A stretch of DNA of 64,000 nucleotides from an uncultured Planctomycetaceae bacterium (GTDB lineage: Bacteria > Planctomycetota > Planctomycetia > Planctomycetales > Planctomycetaceae), in assembly GCA_963813715.1 (NCBI GenBank), contig CAWFAK010000009.1, positions 160,001 to 224,000 of the forward strand. The letters run 5' to 3'. Within the stretch, counting starts at the first letter, position 1, and the number at the start of each line of letters is the position of its first letter. Shown piece by piece: positions 34,243-45,107 of the stretch. The translations under genes were made by a program, and so were the position numbers. The notes below the pieces were generated by a model that made no database searches, was not told the DNA's origin, and was given only the letters and a program-made list of their open reading frames with translations.

Positions 34243-35523
34243 CTACTGACCGGGGATCGGGCGGCCCGGCGGCGCGGGCGGGGGTTGATGCCAGTCCCAG
34301 GCCGATTGATAGCGGACGTCCAGCCAGGGCGTGTCGATCCGCCGATCCCCTTGGTTCTTGGAGATGAAGTAGGCGTTGAGCAAACCAGTCACGAGCAGCG
34401 TCCGCTCGACGGGCCACGCCGGCTTGCCCGTGTGGATCATGTGTTCGATGCCCTTCACGAGGTAGGCAAAGTGCATGAACGGACGGGCCTCCTGCGTCCA
34501 GAAGAGGGACGATTCGATCTTGCCCGTGTCGGCGTTGCGCCAGGCGGCGGTGAAATCGATCAGGTTGGACGCCCAGAGCAGCCCGGCCTTCAGCCCATCG
34601 CGGTAAGTGATGACCACCAGCACCGGGTCTTTCACGAGCTTTTCCAGCGGTTCGCCCGGCTTCCCGAGTGAGTGGCGCCGCCGGGAGGTGGCCGCTTCGA
34701 TCAGCGCGCGGCTGATCGTGCCATTCGCGAGCGCCTGCCAGACTCGCGGGCCCTCGAACGTCTGCACCGCCCGCACCCCCGTCTCGCCGCCAGCCCGTCG
34801 TTCGGCCAGGCACTGCACAATCTCCAGGCCGTGATAGCCGTACGCTTCGAGCGTACCATAAGCCGTGGCGACGACTTCGGAGACGTGGGAACCGCGGGCA
34901 ACATCGACGGGCGGATAGCGCCACGTCAGGGGCAAGGTCGAGCCGGCCATCAAAGGTATGCCGCGACGGTGAGCCTGATCGTAGATCCATTTGGCATCTT
35001 CCCAGTTGTCTGCCAGATGCTTGTCGGTGTACACGGGCACTACTCGGTTGGACCTATCGCAAACGGCCAGGATTTCGCTGAACAGGCGCCGCTTGGGAAA
35101 CATCACCTGGCCGGTCTTCGAGAGAGGATAGCGGCCGTGCTCGCCAATCAAGAGCACGCCATCGACGGCCAGCGATTTGCCGCCAAGCGTGAGGGCCTCC
35201 GCGGGCGTGTTGTAGATGGGGATGTGATGTGCGCGGGCGATCTCCAGGCCCACGGTCGAGGCGCCCGGCTGATCGACATAGAGCGACACGAGCCGCAGCG
35301 CAGGACGCTCCCCCTTGTCGTCGAGCGTCATGGTCTGCAACAGCCGGCTGACGATCACGTCCGCATGGGAATTGTGGAAATAGGCCGTAACAAGCGCGGC
35401 GACTCTGGGCACCGGTTGCGGGCTGGGTACTGTGCGGATGTCCGCTGCAACCGACGCGGTCGCGGTGGCAAGCAGACAGGCGAGCAGACAACTGACGATG
35501 AGAACCCGGCAAACAATTCGCAT
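34243..35523 (-). CDS. Secreted conserved hypothetical protein, distantly Gfo/Idh/MocA-like
   Basis: Signal peptide; SHADVI, VDGVLLIGEHG.YP, DKHL, PLMAGS.LP and PVERTLL. Confidence 0.65.
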   Translation of the reverse strand: MRIVCRVLIVSCLLACLLATATASVAADIRTVPSPQPVPRVAALVTAYFHNSHADVIVSRLLQTMTLDDKGERPALRLVSLYVDQPGASTVGLEIARAHHIPIYNTPAEALTLGGKSLAVDGVLLIGEHGRYPLSKTGQVMFPKRRLFSEILAVCDRSNRVVPVYTDKHLADNWEDAKWIYDQAHRRGIPLMAGSTLPLTWRYPPVDVARGSHVSEVVATAYGTLEAYGYHGLEIVQCLAERRAGGETGVRAVQTFEGPRVWQALANGTISRALIEAATSRRRHSLGKPGEPLEKLVKDPVLVVITYRDGLKAGLLWASNLIDFTAAWRNADTGKIESSLFWTQEARPFMHFAYLVKGIEHMIHTGKPAWPVERTLLVTGLLNAYFISKNQGDRRIDTPWLDVRYQSAWDWHQPPPAPPGRPIPGQ

Positions 35524-35667
35524 AAAGGCCTCCCTCCTTAGCCTGCGATGCGGGCCACCTCTTCGTCAAGCACTCGCCCACATCCCCCGATCGTTGCATA
35601 ATGTGGACCTGCGCGGAAAATTGGCGGGGCAGGAACACTGGTTTCCGTAACGAGCGGCGAATCGGCG

Positions 35668-36577
35668 ATGTCGACGATCAAACAGGGGATGCGTGCCGCG
35701 CGCCTGGGACTGCTCGCGAACATCGGCCTCGTGCTGCTCAAGCTGGTGACGGGCCTGGTGGGCAACTCGTACGCGCTCGTCGCCGACGCGATCGAGTCCT
35801 CGACCGACGTCGTTTCCTCGCTCATCGTCTGGCGCGGACTGCAGATCACCGGCAAGCCGCCGGACGACGAATATCGCTACGGATACGGCAAAGCCGAATC
35901 GATCGCCACAGCTTTCGTCGCGTTGATGTTGATCGGCTCGGCGATCTGCATCGTGATCATGGCGATCCGCGAGATCATTACGCCGCACGCGTCTCCTTCG
36001 CCCTTGACCCTGATCGTGCTGGGAGGGGTGATCCTGGTGAAGGAGTTTTTGTTTCGCCGAGTGCTGGCCGTCGGAGAGGCAACCGCCAGCACGGCGGTCC
36101 TGGCCGATGCCTGGCACCATCGTAGTGACGCACTCACCTCCGCGGCCGCGTTCATCGGCATTACGATTGCCGTGTGGGGCGGCCCTGGGTGGGAAGCGGC
36201 CGACGACTGGGCAGCGATGGTGGCGGCCCTCATCATGACGGCCAACGCAGTCCGCATGATGCGGGCTGCCGTCGCCGACCTGATGGATCGCGTGCCCGAA
36301 ATCGATCTGGTCGAAAAAATCGGCCAGGCAGCTCAAAGCACCTGGGGCGTGCTGGCCATCGAGAAATTGCGGGTCCGCAAGCTCGGCACCAAGTATTCGG
36401 TCGACGTCCACGTGCAGGCAGACCCGGCGCTTTCGCTCCGCGACGCCCACGTGCTCAGCGGCAAGGTCAAAGGCGCGGTCCGCGCAGGTGCCAGCCGTCG
36501 ATGAAGTGCTCGTCCACATGGAGCCGTACGAAGCCGCCGCCGCGCCGCCGACTCCCGCCAGTCCGGTCAACGCCTGA
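35668..36577 (+). CDS. Cation diffusion facilitator (FieF-like; frameshift ~36487)
   Basis: S.ALVADAIES..D, YGYGKAE and ADAWHHRSD. The corrected end is VDEVLVHMEP with stop at 36577. Confidence 0.9.
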
Positions 36578-36648
36578 CGCGCGGCGAAGTCAGCACGCGC
36601 CTCACGACGCATCTCAGTGCAAACTGCGACGTTCGCGATCGCTCGCGC

Positions 36649-37248
36649 CTACTCGGCAGCGGCCGGTTGTCCTGTGAAATAGGCCGGCGCGTGGCCGGCT
36701 TTCCACTTGATGTTGCAGCCGATGCTCGGCTTTTGGGTGGTCGGAACGGCCTTACCCAAGAGCGCGGCATCGCAAGCTGCGCGGAGGTCAGCGCCGGTCA
36801 CCGGTTTGCCGTTGCTGGGTCGGCTGTCGTCGAATTGCCCGCGGTAGACGAGCCGATGCTGGCCATCGAACAGGAAGAAGTCGGGCGTGCACGCGGCGCC
36901 GTACGCCTGCGCGACTTCTTGCGACTCGTCGAAGAGATACGGAAATGTGTAGCCGGCCGATCTGGCTTCGGCCTTCATCCGCTCGGGGCTGTCGTCGGGA
37001 TGCGTGGTGATGTCGTTGGAATTGATTCCCACGATGGCCAGGCCCTTCGCCTGGTATTCCTTACCGAAAGCGGCCAGGGCGCTGCGCAGGTGAATCACGA
37101 ACGGGCAGTGATTGCACATGAAGATCACCAGCAAGCCGGACTTGCCGGAGAAATCCTTGAGCGACACGATCTTGCCATCGACGTTGGGCAACGAAAAGTC
37201 CGGAGCCCGTTCGCCCAGGGCCCGCATCGTGGACGCCGTCTTCACCAT
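36649..37248 (-). CDS. Thioredoxin-like/redoxin (AhpC-TSA) family protein
   Basis: APDFSLP, CNHCPFV, AACTPDFF and SIGCNIKW. Confidence 0.9.
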   Translation of the reverse strand: MVKTASTMRALGERAPDFSLPNVDGKIVSLKDFSGKSGLLVIFMCNHCPFVIHLRSALAAFGKEYQAKGLAIVGINSNDITTHPDDSPERMKAEARSAGYTFPYLFDESQEVAQAYGAACTPDFFLFDGQHRLVYRGQFDDSRPSNGKPVTGADLRAACDAALLGKAVPTTQKPSIGCNIKWKAGHAPAYFTGQPAAAE

Positions 37249-37328
37249 GACGTTTTCCTTTTTCCTGTCGCCAGAATTCGTGGAGGTTTCCGTTTGTGGG
37301 CCGCGCGACCGCCTGTCGGGAGCTCCGG

Positions 37329-37851
37329 TCAGCGCGGGGATCCCGTGAACTTGCCGAGCAGCGCCTTAACGATCGGCTCCGAGACGAAGCCGCGGAGCTT
37401 GTCAGCCGACTCCGCGTGCCCCAGTTGGGCGATCTGCTTGATCAGCGTGCTCGAAATGTGCGTGTATTTTTCGCTGGCCATGAGGAACACAGTCTCAATG
37501 TCGCTGGCCAGCACGCGGTTGGCGAGCGACATCGTGAACTCGCTCTCGATGTCGGTCAGCGTTCGCACGCCGCGGAGCATGACCGCCGCTCCGCACCGCC
37601 GCACGAAATCGACCGCGAGTCCGGTGAAGCACTCGACGTCGACATTGGGGTGCGCGGAGAGCACCGTCCGCGCCAGTTCCAGGCGCTCGTGCGAAGAGAA
37701 GAGTGGCGCGTTTTTCCGTGTTGATGCCGATGCCCACCGTGATCCGCTCGAAGATGCCGGCGCCCCGACGCACGATGTCCTCGTGTCCCAGGGTCAGCGG
37801 GTCGAAACTGCCGACGTAGGCGGCATGCCGTGGGTTCAAAGCGCTGGGCAT
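37329..37851 (-). CDS. coaD: Pantetheine-phosphate adenylyltransferase (frameshift ~37708)
   Basis: [16 protein letters not shown]...D...E and ISST..K.IA. Confidence 0.92.
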
Positions 37852-38001
37852 ATCGCGGGCCTTTTAGTCAGAGAGTGATCCTATTGTTCCGGGTCGGTCC
37901 CATTTGCGGTAGGGACTTCCAGGGTCGTTAGCCGACCCGCCTTGGGGCGCGGGCGAACGCGAATCACAGAAAAGAGACCGACACCTTTCCCGGTCCCCGC
38001 A

Positions 38002-38016
38002 CTGCCAATTTGACAG
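38002..38016. promoter_or_regulatory. Palindromic candidate upstream activator site CTGCCAATTTGACAG
   Basis: Imperfect dyad TGCCA-N3-TGACA about 125 bp upstream of the sigma54-like element. Confidence 0.4.
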
Positions 38017-38137
38017 GCGGTGGAAGGCGGCGCGGCTGGAACATTGGCCTCAGAGTATCAACGCAAGTCAATTTAAGCAAACAATTTACAATGGATAGGC
38101 GGAGCCAAACCCGACACGAAATGCGCCGACTGGGGTC

Positions 38138-38153
38138 CGGTACAGCCTTTGCG
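38138..38153 (+). promoter_or_regulatory. Sigma54-type -24/-12 promoter for the Hsp20 operon
   Basis: CGGTACAGCCTTTGCG has GG-N10-GC spacing with TTGC, 62 bp before ATG 38215. Confidence 0.6.
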
Positions 38154-38214
38154 TTCAATAAACCCCCGTTTGCGATAACGTTCGATTTGGCTGACATTTC
38201 CGTCGGAAACTCCA

Positions 38215-38661
38215 ATGCCCGTTTTCCGTTGGGGCCATTCCTGGGACGCCTTTCACGACTTCGAGCGCGAGGTCGATCGGCTGCTGAGCAGCGTCAATTT
38301 CGCCTTTCAGGGCATTCGCCTGGGGCGGCAGTATCCGTCCGTGAATCTCTACGAGCTGCCCGACGAGTATTTGCTGACCGCCGAGCTGCCGGGTAGCAAG
38401 GCCGAGGATATCGAGTTGGCCCTGGGGAATGGTCTGTTGCGAATCAAGGGGCGCCGCTCGGAACCCAACGGCGTGCCCGAGGAGCGATATCGCCGCCAGG
38501 AGCGCTTTCGCGGTGAATGGGAGCGAACGCTCTCCCTCCCCGAGCGCGTCCGCGAGGAGGGGCTGACCGCGGAATTCGTCGATGGAATCCTCAGAGTGCG
38601 GCTGCCCAAGGGTGAGCAGGCCCAGCCACGGAAAATTCGTGTCAGCGAAAGCGCCGAGTAA
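38215..38661 (+). CDS. Hsp20/alpha-crystallin small heat-shock protein 1
   Basis: [21 protein letters not shown]...LP and [10 protein letters not shown]. Confidence 0.92.
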   Translation: MPVFRWGHSWDAFHDFEREVDRLLSSVNFAFQGIRLGRQYPSVNLYELPDEYLLTAELPGSKAEDIELALGNGLLRIKGRRSEPNGVPEERYRRQERFRGEWERTLSLPERVREEGLTAEFVDGILRVRLPKGEQAQPRKIRVSESAE

Positions 38662-38669
38662 TCAGTCCT

Positions 38670-39146
38670 ATGTCTCAGCCCGAAAATATCCCGGTGAAGC
38701 ACGAGGAAACGCTGGCTTCGGCCCCACCAGTTCCTTCTTCTGCTCAGGCCATGCCCTCTGCGGCGGAAGCTCCCGTTCCGGACCAGCAGCCGGAGGAGCC
38801 GCGGTTTCTCTTCACGCCGCCGATCGACATCTACGAGACCAATGACGGATTGGTGCTGCAGGCCGACCTGCCGGGCGTTTCAATCAAAACGCTTGATCTG
38901 CAGGTGCAGGACAATAAGCTGACGCTGTTCGGCCGCGTGAATCCGCTGGTGCCGCTTCAGGCACGCCCATTGCACCAGGAATACGCGGTGGGCGACTTCT
39001 TGCGCTCGTTTATTTTGAGCGACGAGGTTGACCATGAACGGATCACCGCCACCATGACTAATGGGGTGCTGAAGGTCGTATTGCCAAAGGCACCGCAAGC
39101 GAAACTCAGACGTATCGAGGTAAACCCCGAACCGTCCACTGGCTGA
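38670..39146 (+). CDS. Hsp20 small heat-shock protein 2
   Basis: [20 protein letters not shown] and [10 protein letters not shown]. Confidence 0.92.
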   Translation: MSQPENIPVKHEETLASAPPVPSSAQAMPSAAEAPVPDQQPEEPRFLFTPPIDIYETNDGLVLQADLPGVSIKTLDLQVQDNKLTLFGRVNPLVPLQARPLHQEYAVGDFLRSFILSDEVDHERITATMTNGVLKVVLPKAPQAKLRRIEVNPEPSTG

Positions 39147-39258
39147 GCTCGTTGGACAAATGGGCTCCCCCGTGGGACGCAAGAGTTTGCTCGGAAGGCG
39201 GCCGTTGAGACACAGTGAATGAGACACAGTGAATCCATTCGATCCAAAGGAGCCGACG

Positions 39259-39777
39259 ATGAACGACCCGCAAACCTCCGGACCGCTTTCTCAATCGGTT
39301 GAACGGCTGCGTCGCGAGTTCGAGCGTTGGCTCGACTCGGCCATGCAGCAAGGAAACCGCGCACTCGATGTTGTCGGACTTCGCGGAGCGGACCGGCCGT
39401 GGACCCCGGCCGTCGATCTGATCGAGACGCCGACTGAAGTGCTGGTCGACGTCGATCTGCCCGGCATCGATCCGGTGCTCGTGGACGTCTCGCTGACCGG
39501 CAACATGCTCACGGTGCAGGGACCCAAGCGGACGCACATTCCGCCACCGGGCGGGACCGTGCACGTGACGGAACGGATGCAAGGCCCCTTCCAGCGTGCG
39601 ATCCCCATGCCGACGCCTGTCATCGCCGACAGCGTCTCGGCCGAAATCAAGAACGGCGTGCTGAAAATCCGGCTGATGAAGTCGGAGAAGGCGCGGGCAA
39701 TGAAGATCACCGTTCACGCCGAGCCGTCGCCGACCAAGCCGCCCGTCTCGCCCGTGCCGGCGGTTCCCGCGCTTTGA
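39259..39777 (+). CDS. Hsp20 small heat-shock protein 3
   Basis: PAVDLIET, DLPG, ER..GPFQR and NGVLKI. AAGGAG RBS before ATG 39259. Confidence 0.9.
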   Translation: MNDPQTSGPLSQSVERLRREFERWLDSAMQQGNRALDVVGLRGADRPWTPAVDLIETPTEVLVDVDLPGIDPVLVDVSLTGNMLTVQGPKRTHIPPPGGTVHVTERMQGPFQRAIPMPTPVIADSVSAEIKNGVLKIRLMKSEKARAMKITVHAEPSPTKPPVSPVPAVPAL

Positions 39778-39802
39778 CCGACCGCCGCACCGGCAATCAG
39801 CT

Positions 39803-39846
39803 CGACGAAGCCCACGGACCGCCAACCGTGGGCTTCGTTGTTTGTC
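39803..39846 (+). terminator. Strong hairpin (intrinsic terminator or REP-like) after the Hsp20 operon
   Basis: CGACGAAGCCCACGG, 8-nt loop, CCGTGGGCTTCGTTG, followed by TTTGT. Confidence 0.7.
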
Positions 39847-39864
39847 GGCGTCCGAGTCAACTGA

Positions 39865-39893
39865 TTGACCACTTCGGACCGCGGTCTTAGACT
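39865..39893 (+). promoter_or_regulatory. Sigma70-like promoter
   Basis: TTGACC-17 bp-TAGACT upstream of ATG 39974. Confidence 0.55.
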
Positions 39894-39973
39894 AGAAATT
39901 GACTCAACGTCTTGGTCGATTTCGCTGTCACCCTCCGCCCGTCCCGCGCCGGCCGCCGTGTCCGGAGTGAACT

Positions 39974-41004
39974 ATGGCCTATCCGTACGCCGTTTCGCGC
40001 ACCACTGCGGTGCGTCCCACACTGCAGTGCCTGGCTGTTTGCGCCGCACTGTTGTCCCTATGCGCTCTGCCCGCCGTGAGTGCGCACGGCGCGCCCCGCC
40101 TGCAACGGCGCCTGCCGCGCCGGGTCCAGCCGCCCCCACGCCGCGCGTGTTGCAGACCGACGACAACTGGGGAATCTATATCACCTATTTCGCTGCTCCC
40201 GGCGATCGCGAGGTTTTCACCAAGGAAGCTCCGGTCGTCATTCTGCTGCACGGTGACAAGCAAAACCGCCTGGTCTACGAAGGCCCCCGGGGTCTGGCCA
40301 CTCGACTGCAGCAGGAGGGTTGTGCGGTAATTACCGTCGACCTGCGCAAGCATGGGCAAAGTACCAACGTGGCGCAAGTGGGCGGCGACAGCGCACCCAC
40401 TCGCTCCACCGAAGCGAGCATTCAGGCTTCGGATTATCGCAACATGGTCGAGTTCGACCTGGAAGTCGTGAAACGGTTCATCCAGCAACTGCATCAAGCC
40501 AAGAAGCTGAACATGCGGAAGCTGGGGATTGTCGCCGCCGGCTCGTCCGTCGGCGTGGCGGCCGCGTTTGCCGACGCCGACTGGAACAAGGAGCCCTATG
40601 ACGATGCCCCGGCGGACGACATGAAGACGCCTCGCGGCCAAGACGTGCGAGCTCTCGTTTTCCTCTCGCCGCCGGCCCGCGTCAAAGGGCTCAGCCTGGC
40701 GGAGGCGATCACCGACATCCGCAATCCCGACTGGAACATCGCCTTCATGACTCTTTACGGGAAAGCCAACCGCACCGATAAGAAGGACGCAGAGTCGCTC
40801 CACAAGAAGCTGAGCGGCACAAGCAAGACCAGCGCCGATCGCATGTACCTGGTGCCCGTGAACGTGCCGTCGCGCGGGACCGACCTGCTCGGTATTCGCG
40901 ACATCGATACGGAAGGCGCGATTTGCAAGTTCTTCAAGAAGCATCTCTTCGATTTGCGGGACAGCGAGTGGCGAGACCGGCAAAGCCGCCTCGTCAGGAA
41001 GTAA
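39974..41004 (+). CDS. Secreted alpha/beta-hydrolase-fold protein, probably non-catalytic (frameshift ~40085)
   Basis: The signal peptide is in ORF 39974..40330 and the domain (VILLHG, VDLRKHG.S, LVFLSP) is in the 39865..41004 frame. RGTDLL stands where HGTxL is expected. Confidence 0.7.
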
Positions 41005-41019
41005 GCGCGGTCTGATCGA

Positions 41020-42357
41020 ATGGCCAATCGCTTTGCCGTCCTGATGTCGATCCCCGGCCTCCGCGCCGCCGATTTGGCGTCGATGCCCCGCCTGGCGGCG
41101 TTGGGCAAGGGCGGGGCGACGCTTCCCATCGCGCATACGTTTCCCTGCGTCACGTGCCCGAGCCAGGCTGCTTTGACGACCGGCACCGGGCCGGAGCAGC
41201 ACGGGGTGATTGCCAACGGCTTTTTCTGGCGCGACCGCGGCGAAGTTGAAATGTGGACCGCCTGGAACGAGGCGATCCAGCGGCCGCAAATCTGGACATT
41301 GCTGCATCGGCACGATCGAGCATTGACGTCGGCGGCCTGGTTTCCGCTGTTGATCAAAGGGGCCGAGGCCGACTTCATCTGCACGCCGGCCCCGATCCAC
41401 AACCCGGACGGGTCGGAATCGCTCTGGTGCTACACCAAGCCAACGGAGCTCTACGGCCAATTGCGCAACGCGCTGGGCCATTTTCCGCTGATGCATTTCT
41501 GGGGACCGCTCGCGAATATCAAGTCGACGCAGTGGATCGTCGAGTCGTGCCTCGTCGCGGCGCGTTCGTTCCAATCGCGTTTTACCTACGCGTACCTCCC
41601 GCACCTCGACTACGCCGCCCAGAAATTCGGGCCGGACAGCCCGCAGGCGGCCGCGGCCACGGTCGAATTGGATGCCGCCATCGGACGGCTGCAGGACGGC
41701 CTGGCCGAAGCCGGTCTTGACGACGTGCTGTGGGTCGTCGCCAGCGAATACGTGATCACGCCGGTGAAGTCGGCTGGCTTTCCGAATCGTCGGCTCCGCG
41801 AGGCTGGCCTACTGACGCTCAAAGAGCAAGACGGGGCCGAGTTGCTCGACGTCCGCGCGAGCCGGGCGTGGGCCATGGTCGATCACCAGTTGGCGCACGT
41901 CTTCGTGAAAGACCCGGCCGATGTGCCCCGCGTCGCCGCGATCTTTAAAGACGACCCCTCGGTGCACGAGGTGCTGGCCGGAGCCGATCGCCACCGCCGC
42001 AATCTCGATCATCCGCGGTCGGGCGAAGTGGTCCTGATCTCGCAGCCCGACCAGTGGTTCGCTTATTACTGGTGGCTCGACGATGCCAAGGCTCCCGCCT
42101 TTGCCCGCACCGTCGATATTCACCGCAAGCCCGGCTACGACCCGGTCGAGATGTTTATCGACATGCCCGCCCGAGCCACGCCGCTACGGCCGGAGCTGGT
42201 CAAGGGCTCGCACGGCTTTCCGGCCGAAGATGCCACGCGTCGGGGCGTGCTCGTCGCTTCGAGCGGGGACGGAATCGAACCGGGCGCGGACGGGGCCATT
42301 GCGGACACCGCCGTGTCCGGCCTCATCTTGCGGAACTTCGGCGTGTCGATTCGCTAG
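41020..42357 (+). CDS. Alkaline-phosphatase-superfamily nucleotide pyrophosphatase/phosphodiesterase (EboF-like)
   Basis: [34 protein letters not shown] and VKGSHG. Confidence 0.85.
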   Translation: MANRFAVLMSIPGLRAADLASMPRLAALGKGGATLPIAHTFPCVTCPSQAALTTGTGPEQHGVIANGFFWRDRGEVEMWTAWNEAIQRPQIWTLLHRHDRALTSAAWFPLLIKGAEADFICTPAPIHNPDGSESLWCYTKPTELYGQLRNALGHFPLMHFWGPLANIKSTQWIVESCLVAARSFQSRFTYAYLPHLDYAAQKFGPDSPQAAAATVELDAAIGRLQDGLAEAGLDDVLWVVASEYVITPVKSAGFPNRRLREAGLLTLKEQDGAELLDVRASRAWAMVDHQLAHVFVKDPADVPRVAAIFKDDPSVHEVLAGADRHRRNLDHPRSGEVVLISQPDQWFAYYWWLDDAKAPAFARTVDIHRKPGYDPVEMFIDMPARATPLRPELVKGSHGFPAEDATRRGVLVASSGDGIEPGADGAIADTAVSGLILRNFGVSIR

Positions 42358-42429
42358 TCGGAGGGCGAACCTTTTGCCGAGCGCCCGCCTCTTCTGCACC
42401 GGGGTCCGCCGAGCACGAGTTTCGCCCGC

Positions 42430-43779
42430 ATGAACGCGATCGTTTTGACCTTCGACCGTTTGCCGGTGAGCTTTTTGGCTTGCTACGGCAACAACTGGAT
42501 CGAAACGCCGAATTTCGATCGACTGGCCGCACAGTCGGTTACCTTTCATCAACATTTCGCCGAATCGCTGACGCTCAACACGGTGCGGCACGCCTGGTGG
42601 AGCGGTTGCTACGAGTGTCGACGGCAGGACGAACCCCGCGTGAGCGACTTATTGCCCGCGGCGCTCGCGGCCCGCGGCGTAACCGTTCGGATGCTGCTGG
42701 AAGCTGGCGGTACGGACGACGAGTCTTCCCGCGATTTGTCGCAACTCTTTCCCGAGTGGACGCAGGTCGTCACCGGAGCCGACGGCTTGGACGTCGCGCC
42801 GGACGACACGCCGTTTCTCCGGGTCGTCGCCCGTGCGCAGCGCGACCTGCGGCTGTTGCGGACGTCGCGGAGAGAACCGTGGCTGCTCTGGATCAAGTCG
42901 CGAGGGGTACCCATCCCCTGGCTGCCACCGGCGGAATACGCCCGCCTGTTTCTCGACGTCGACGATGACGAACCGACCGAGGCGGCGGCCGACGACGACG
43001 AGATCGACGTGGCTGAGACGGACGACGATTTCGAGGAGGCCGACAAGTACGAAGTGCCGGATGACGGCACGTTCCTGGAAATGTCCGACAGCCAGTTCAA
43101 CGACCTCTTGCGCACGGCCGCCGAACTGCCACCCAGCCGCGCACTCCGCGACAAAATGACTGATTTGGACCGGGCGCTGGCTCGCAAGGTTTTGGGCGGC
43201 TATATCGCTCTGCTCGACGCCGGCGTGGGCCGCTTGCTCGACGCGATCGACCAGGTGACTGCCGGCACGCCGACTTTGCTGCTGCTCACGGCGGCCCAAG
43301 GCCTGACCGTGCACGAGCCGGGTGTGCTCCGAGACGAGTTGGCACAATCGGCTGATGAGATGGTGCACACGCCCCTTTTCGTGCGCGGCGCGGGCGTCGA
43401 TCGGGGCTTCCGCCGCCAGGCGCTCACGCAGCCCGTCGATTTGTATCCGACTCTGTTCGAATGGTTCGGGCTGGAGCGTCCGGACACGCTGCTCGAAGGC
43501 CAGAGCCTGTTGCCTGCCGTCCGCGATGGCCGCGCTCACCCCCGACAGCAGGCGTTCGCGGCCGACCAGCGGGGTCTCACCACCGTGCGCTCGGCAGATC
43601 ATTACCTGGTGCAGCAATCGGAACCCGCGAGCGAAGAACCGGTGCGACATCTCTTCGCCAAGCCGGAGGACGCCTGGGAAGTCAACGACCTGGCCGCTCA
43701 GCGTCCCCAAGTCGTCGACGAGCTCCTGGCTGAGGGCGACCGCTTCTTCGGCTCGGCTTCCCGGGTCGTCGATCGCTGA
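42430..43779 (+). CDS. Sulfatase-fold protein lacking the CxPxR motif
   Basis: YGN.WIETPNFDRLA, H.PL and DLYPTL. The catalytic motif region reads LNTVR, and there is an acidic insertion. Confidence 0.75.
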   Translation: MNAIVLTFDRLPVSFLACYGNNWIETPNFDRLAAQSVTFHQHFAESLTLNTVRHAWWSGCYECRRQDEPRVSDLLPAALAARGVTVRMLLEAGGTDDESSRDLSQLFPEWTQVVTGADGLDVAPDDTPFLRVVARAQRDLRLLRTSRREPWLLWIKSRGVPIPWLPPAEYARLFLDVDDDEPTEAAADDDEIDVAETDDDFEEADKYEVPDDGTFLEMSDSQFNDLLRTAAELPPSRALRDKMTDLDRALARKVLGGYIALLDAGVGRLLDAIDQVTAGTPTLLLLTAAQGLTVHEPGVLRDELAQSADEMVHTPLFVRGAGVDRGFRRQALTQPVDLYPTLFEWFGLERPDTLLEGQSLLPAVRDGRAHPRQQAFAADQRGLTTVRSADHYLVQQSEPASEEPVRHLFAKPEDAWEVNDLAAQRPQVVDELLAEGDRFFGSASRVVDR

Positions 43780-44066
43780 GGGAAAACTCGCCGGTCGACG
43801 GCGCCGTTCCCATGCCGCGAAGTCGCATTTGCCAGCATGAACCTGTATTTTGCGCCGGCGTTCCCTATGGTGTTGGAAATGGGCCGGCCCGGCCCCTGGT
43901 TCGCTTGCCGGCGGCGCATCCGAGCCGCGGTTCGACGGGCGCACGGCTTCGCTCAACCCGACCGCCACTCGAAACGTCAACAACGGTCTGTCCACTTCGT
44001 GTCCGCGCTTTCCACCAAGTCGGCCCGTCGCTGTGGCGACGACCACCGGCCATCAAGGAGCCAGAC

Positions 44067-45005
44067 GTGAGTTTTCGCCCGCGATTGGTCGTCCGGTATT
44101 TCATCTCCCTCTGTTTCGTCGGTCTCTCGCTCACCGAACCTTTTCTGGCCGATCCCGGCTCCCCCAGCCGTGCGGCGGCAGCAGACGTGCCCGCCCACTT
44201 TCATCACGTGCGGCTCAACACCCCGGACGTCAGTGCGTCGAAGAGTTTTTATCAGAAATATTACGGCGCGGTGCCGGTCAAGTATCGCGGCAATCCGGAC
44301 GCGCTCTTCGTCGAGCGTTCGTTCCTCTTGTTCAACGCGGTTGGTGCGCCGGCCGACGGCAAACTCGACACGGGCATCTGGCATATCGGCTGGGGTGGTG
44401 TCGACGTCGCGCACGAATACGAGTGGTGGAAGAAACGCGGGCTCGACATCGTCACGCCGTTGAGTCCGCTGCCCGGGCCCGACAACTATTACTTTTATGC
44501 CCGCGGACCGGGGCACGAGTTGATCGAAATAAACACGATGCCCCACCACCGCTTCGCCCACGTCCACTTTTTTGCGACCGACGTCAATTCCACGTGCCGC
44601 TGGTACGCGAAACACCTGGGACTGAAACCCCGCTTGCCCGAGCGGCCTAAGCCAGTCGGCGACATGTCGACGCTCGCCAAGATCTGGATCAACGTCATTC
44701 AGTGCGACAACGTCACGATGATTTTCTTCGGCAAGCCGGACGTCGAGCCGCCACCGCCATGGTGGCCCGAACCGCCGCTCAAGACACTCCAGCCGACGAA
44801 GGGGCGGCCGATCGACCACATTGCCTTTTCGTATCGCCACATCGAGCCGGTGCGGGCGGCCATGCAGACATCGGGGGTCAAGATCGTCGAGCCGATCAAG
44901 GAAGACCCGAAATACCATTTCAAGAGCTTCTACGTCGAAGGCCCTGATCAAGTTTTGATCGAGATTGTCGAGGAGAAGCCGATCCCCGAGGGAATCTGGG
45001 AGTAG
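44067..45005 (+). CDS. Secreted VOC/glyoxalase-family protein (tandem domains)
   Basis: FHHV.LN, HIGW, FAHVHF, DHIAF and EGPD.VLIEIVE. AAGGAG RBS before GTG 44067. Confidence 0.8.
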   Translation: MSFRPRLVVRYFISLCFVGLSLTEPFLADPGSPSRAAAADVPAHFHHVRLNTPDVSASKSFYQKYYGAVPVKYRGNPDALFVERSFLLFNAVGAPADGKLDTGIWHIGWGGVDVAHEYEWWKKRGLDIVTPLSPLPGPDNYYFYARGPGHELIEINTMPHHRFAHVHFFATDVNSTCRWYAKHLGLKPRLPERPKPVGDMSTLAKIWINVIQCDNVTMIFFGKPDVEPPPPWWPEPPLKTLQPTKGRPIDHIAFSYRHIEPVRAAMQTSGVKIVEPIKEDPKYHFKSFYVEGPDQVLIEIVEEKPIPEGIWE

Positions 45006-45107
45006 ATGACTTTTTTTGCACCCGCAGGGCGAGTAAGGTGAAGGGGCCGCCAGTAATCCCACCGTCCGCCTTCCCCCACTTGACTCACCCCTCCCGGAAA
45101 TCCTCGC

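Noticed and set aside
37860..38214. CIRCE/HrcA operator before the Hsp20 genes
   Set aside because: No TTAGCACTC-N9-GAGTGCTAA match was seen.
39206..39233. Perfect 14-bp tandem repeat TGAGACACAGTGAA x2
   Set aside because: It is real but has only two copies in a short spacer, most likely a slippage duplication with no evidence of function.
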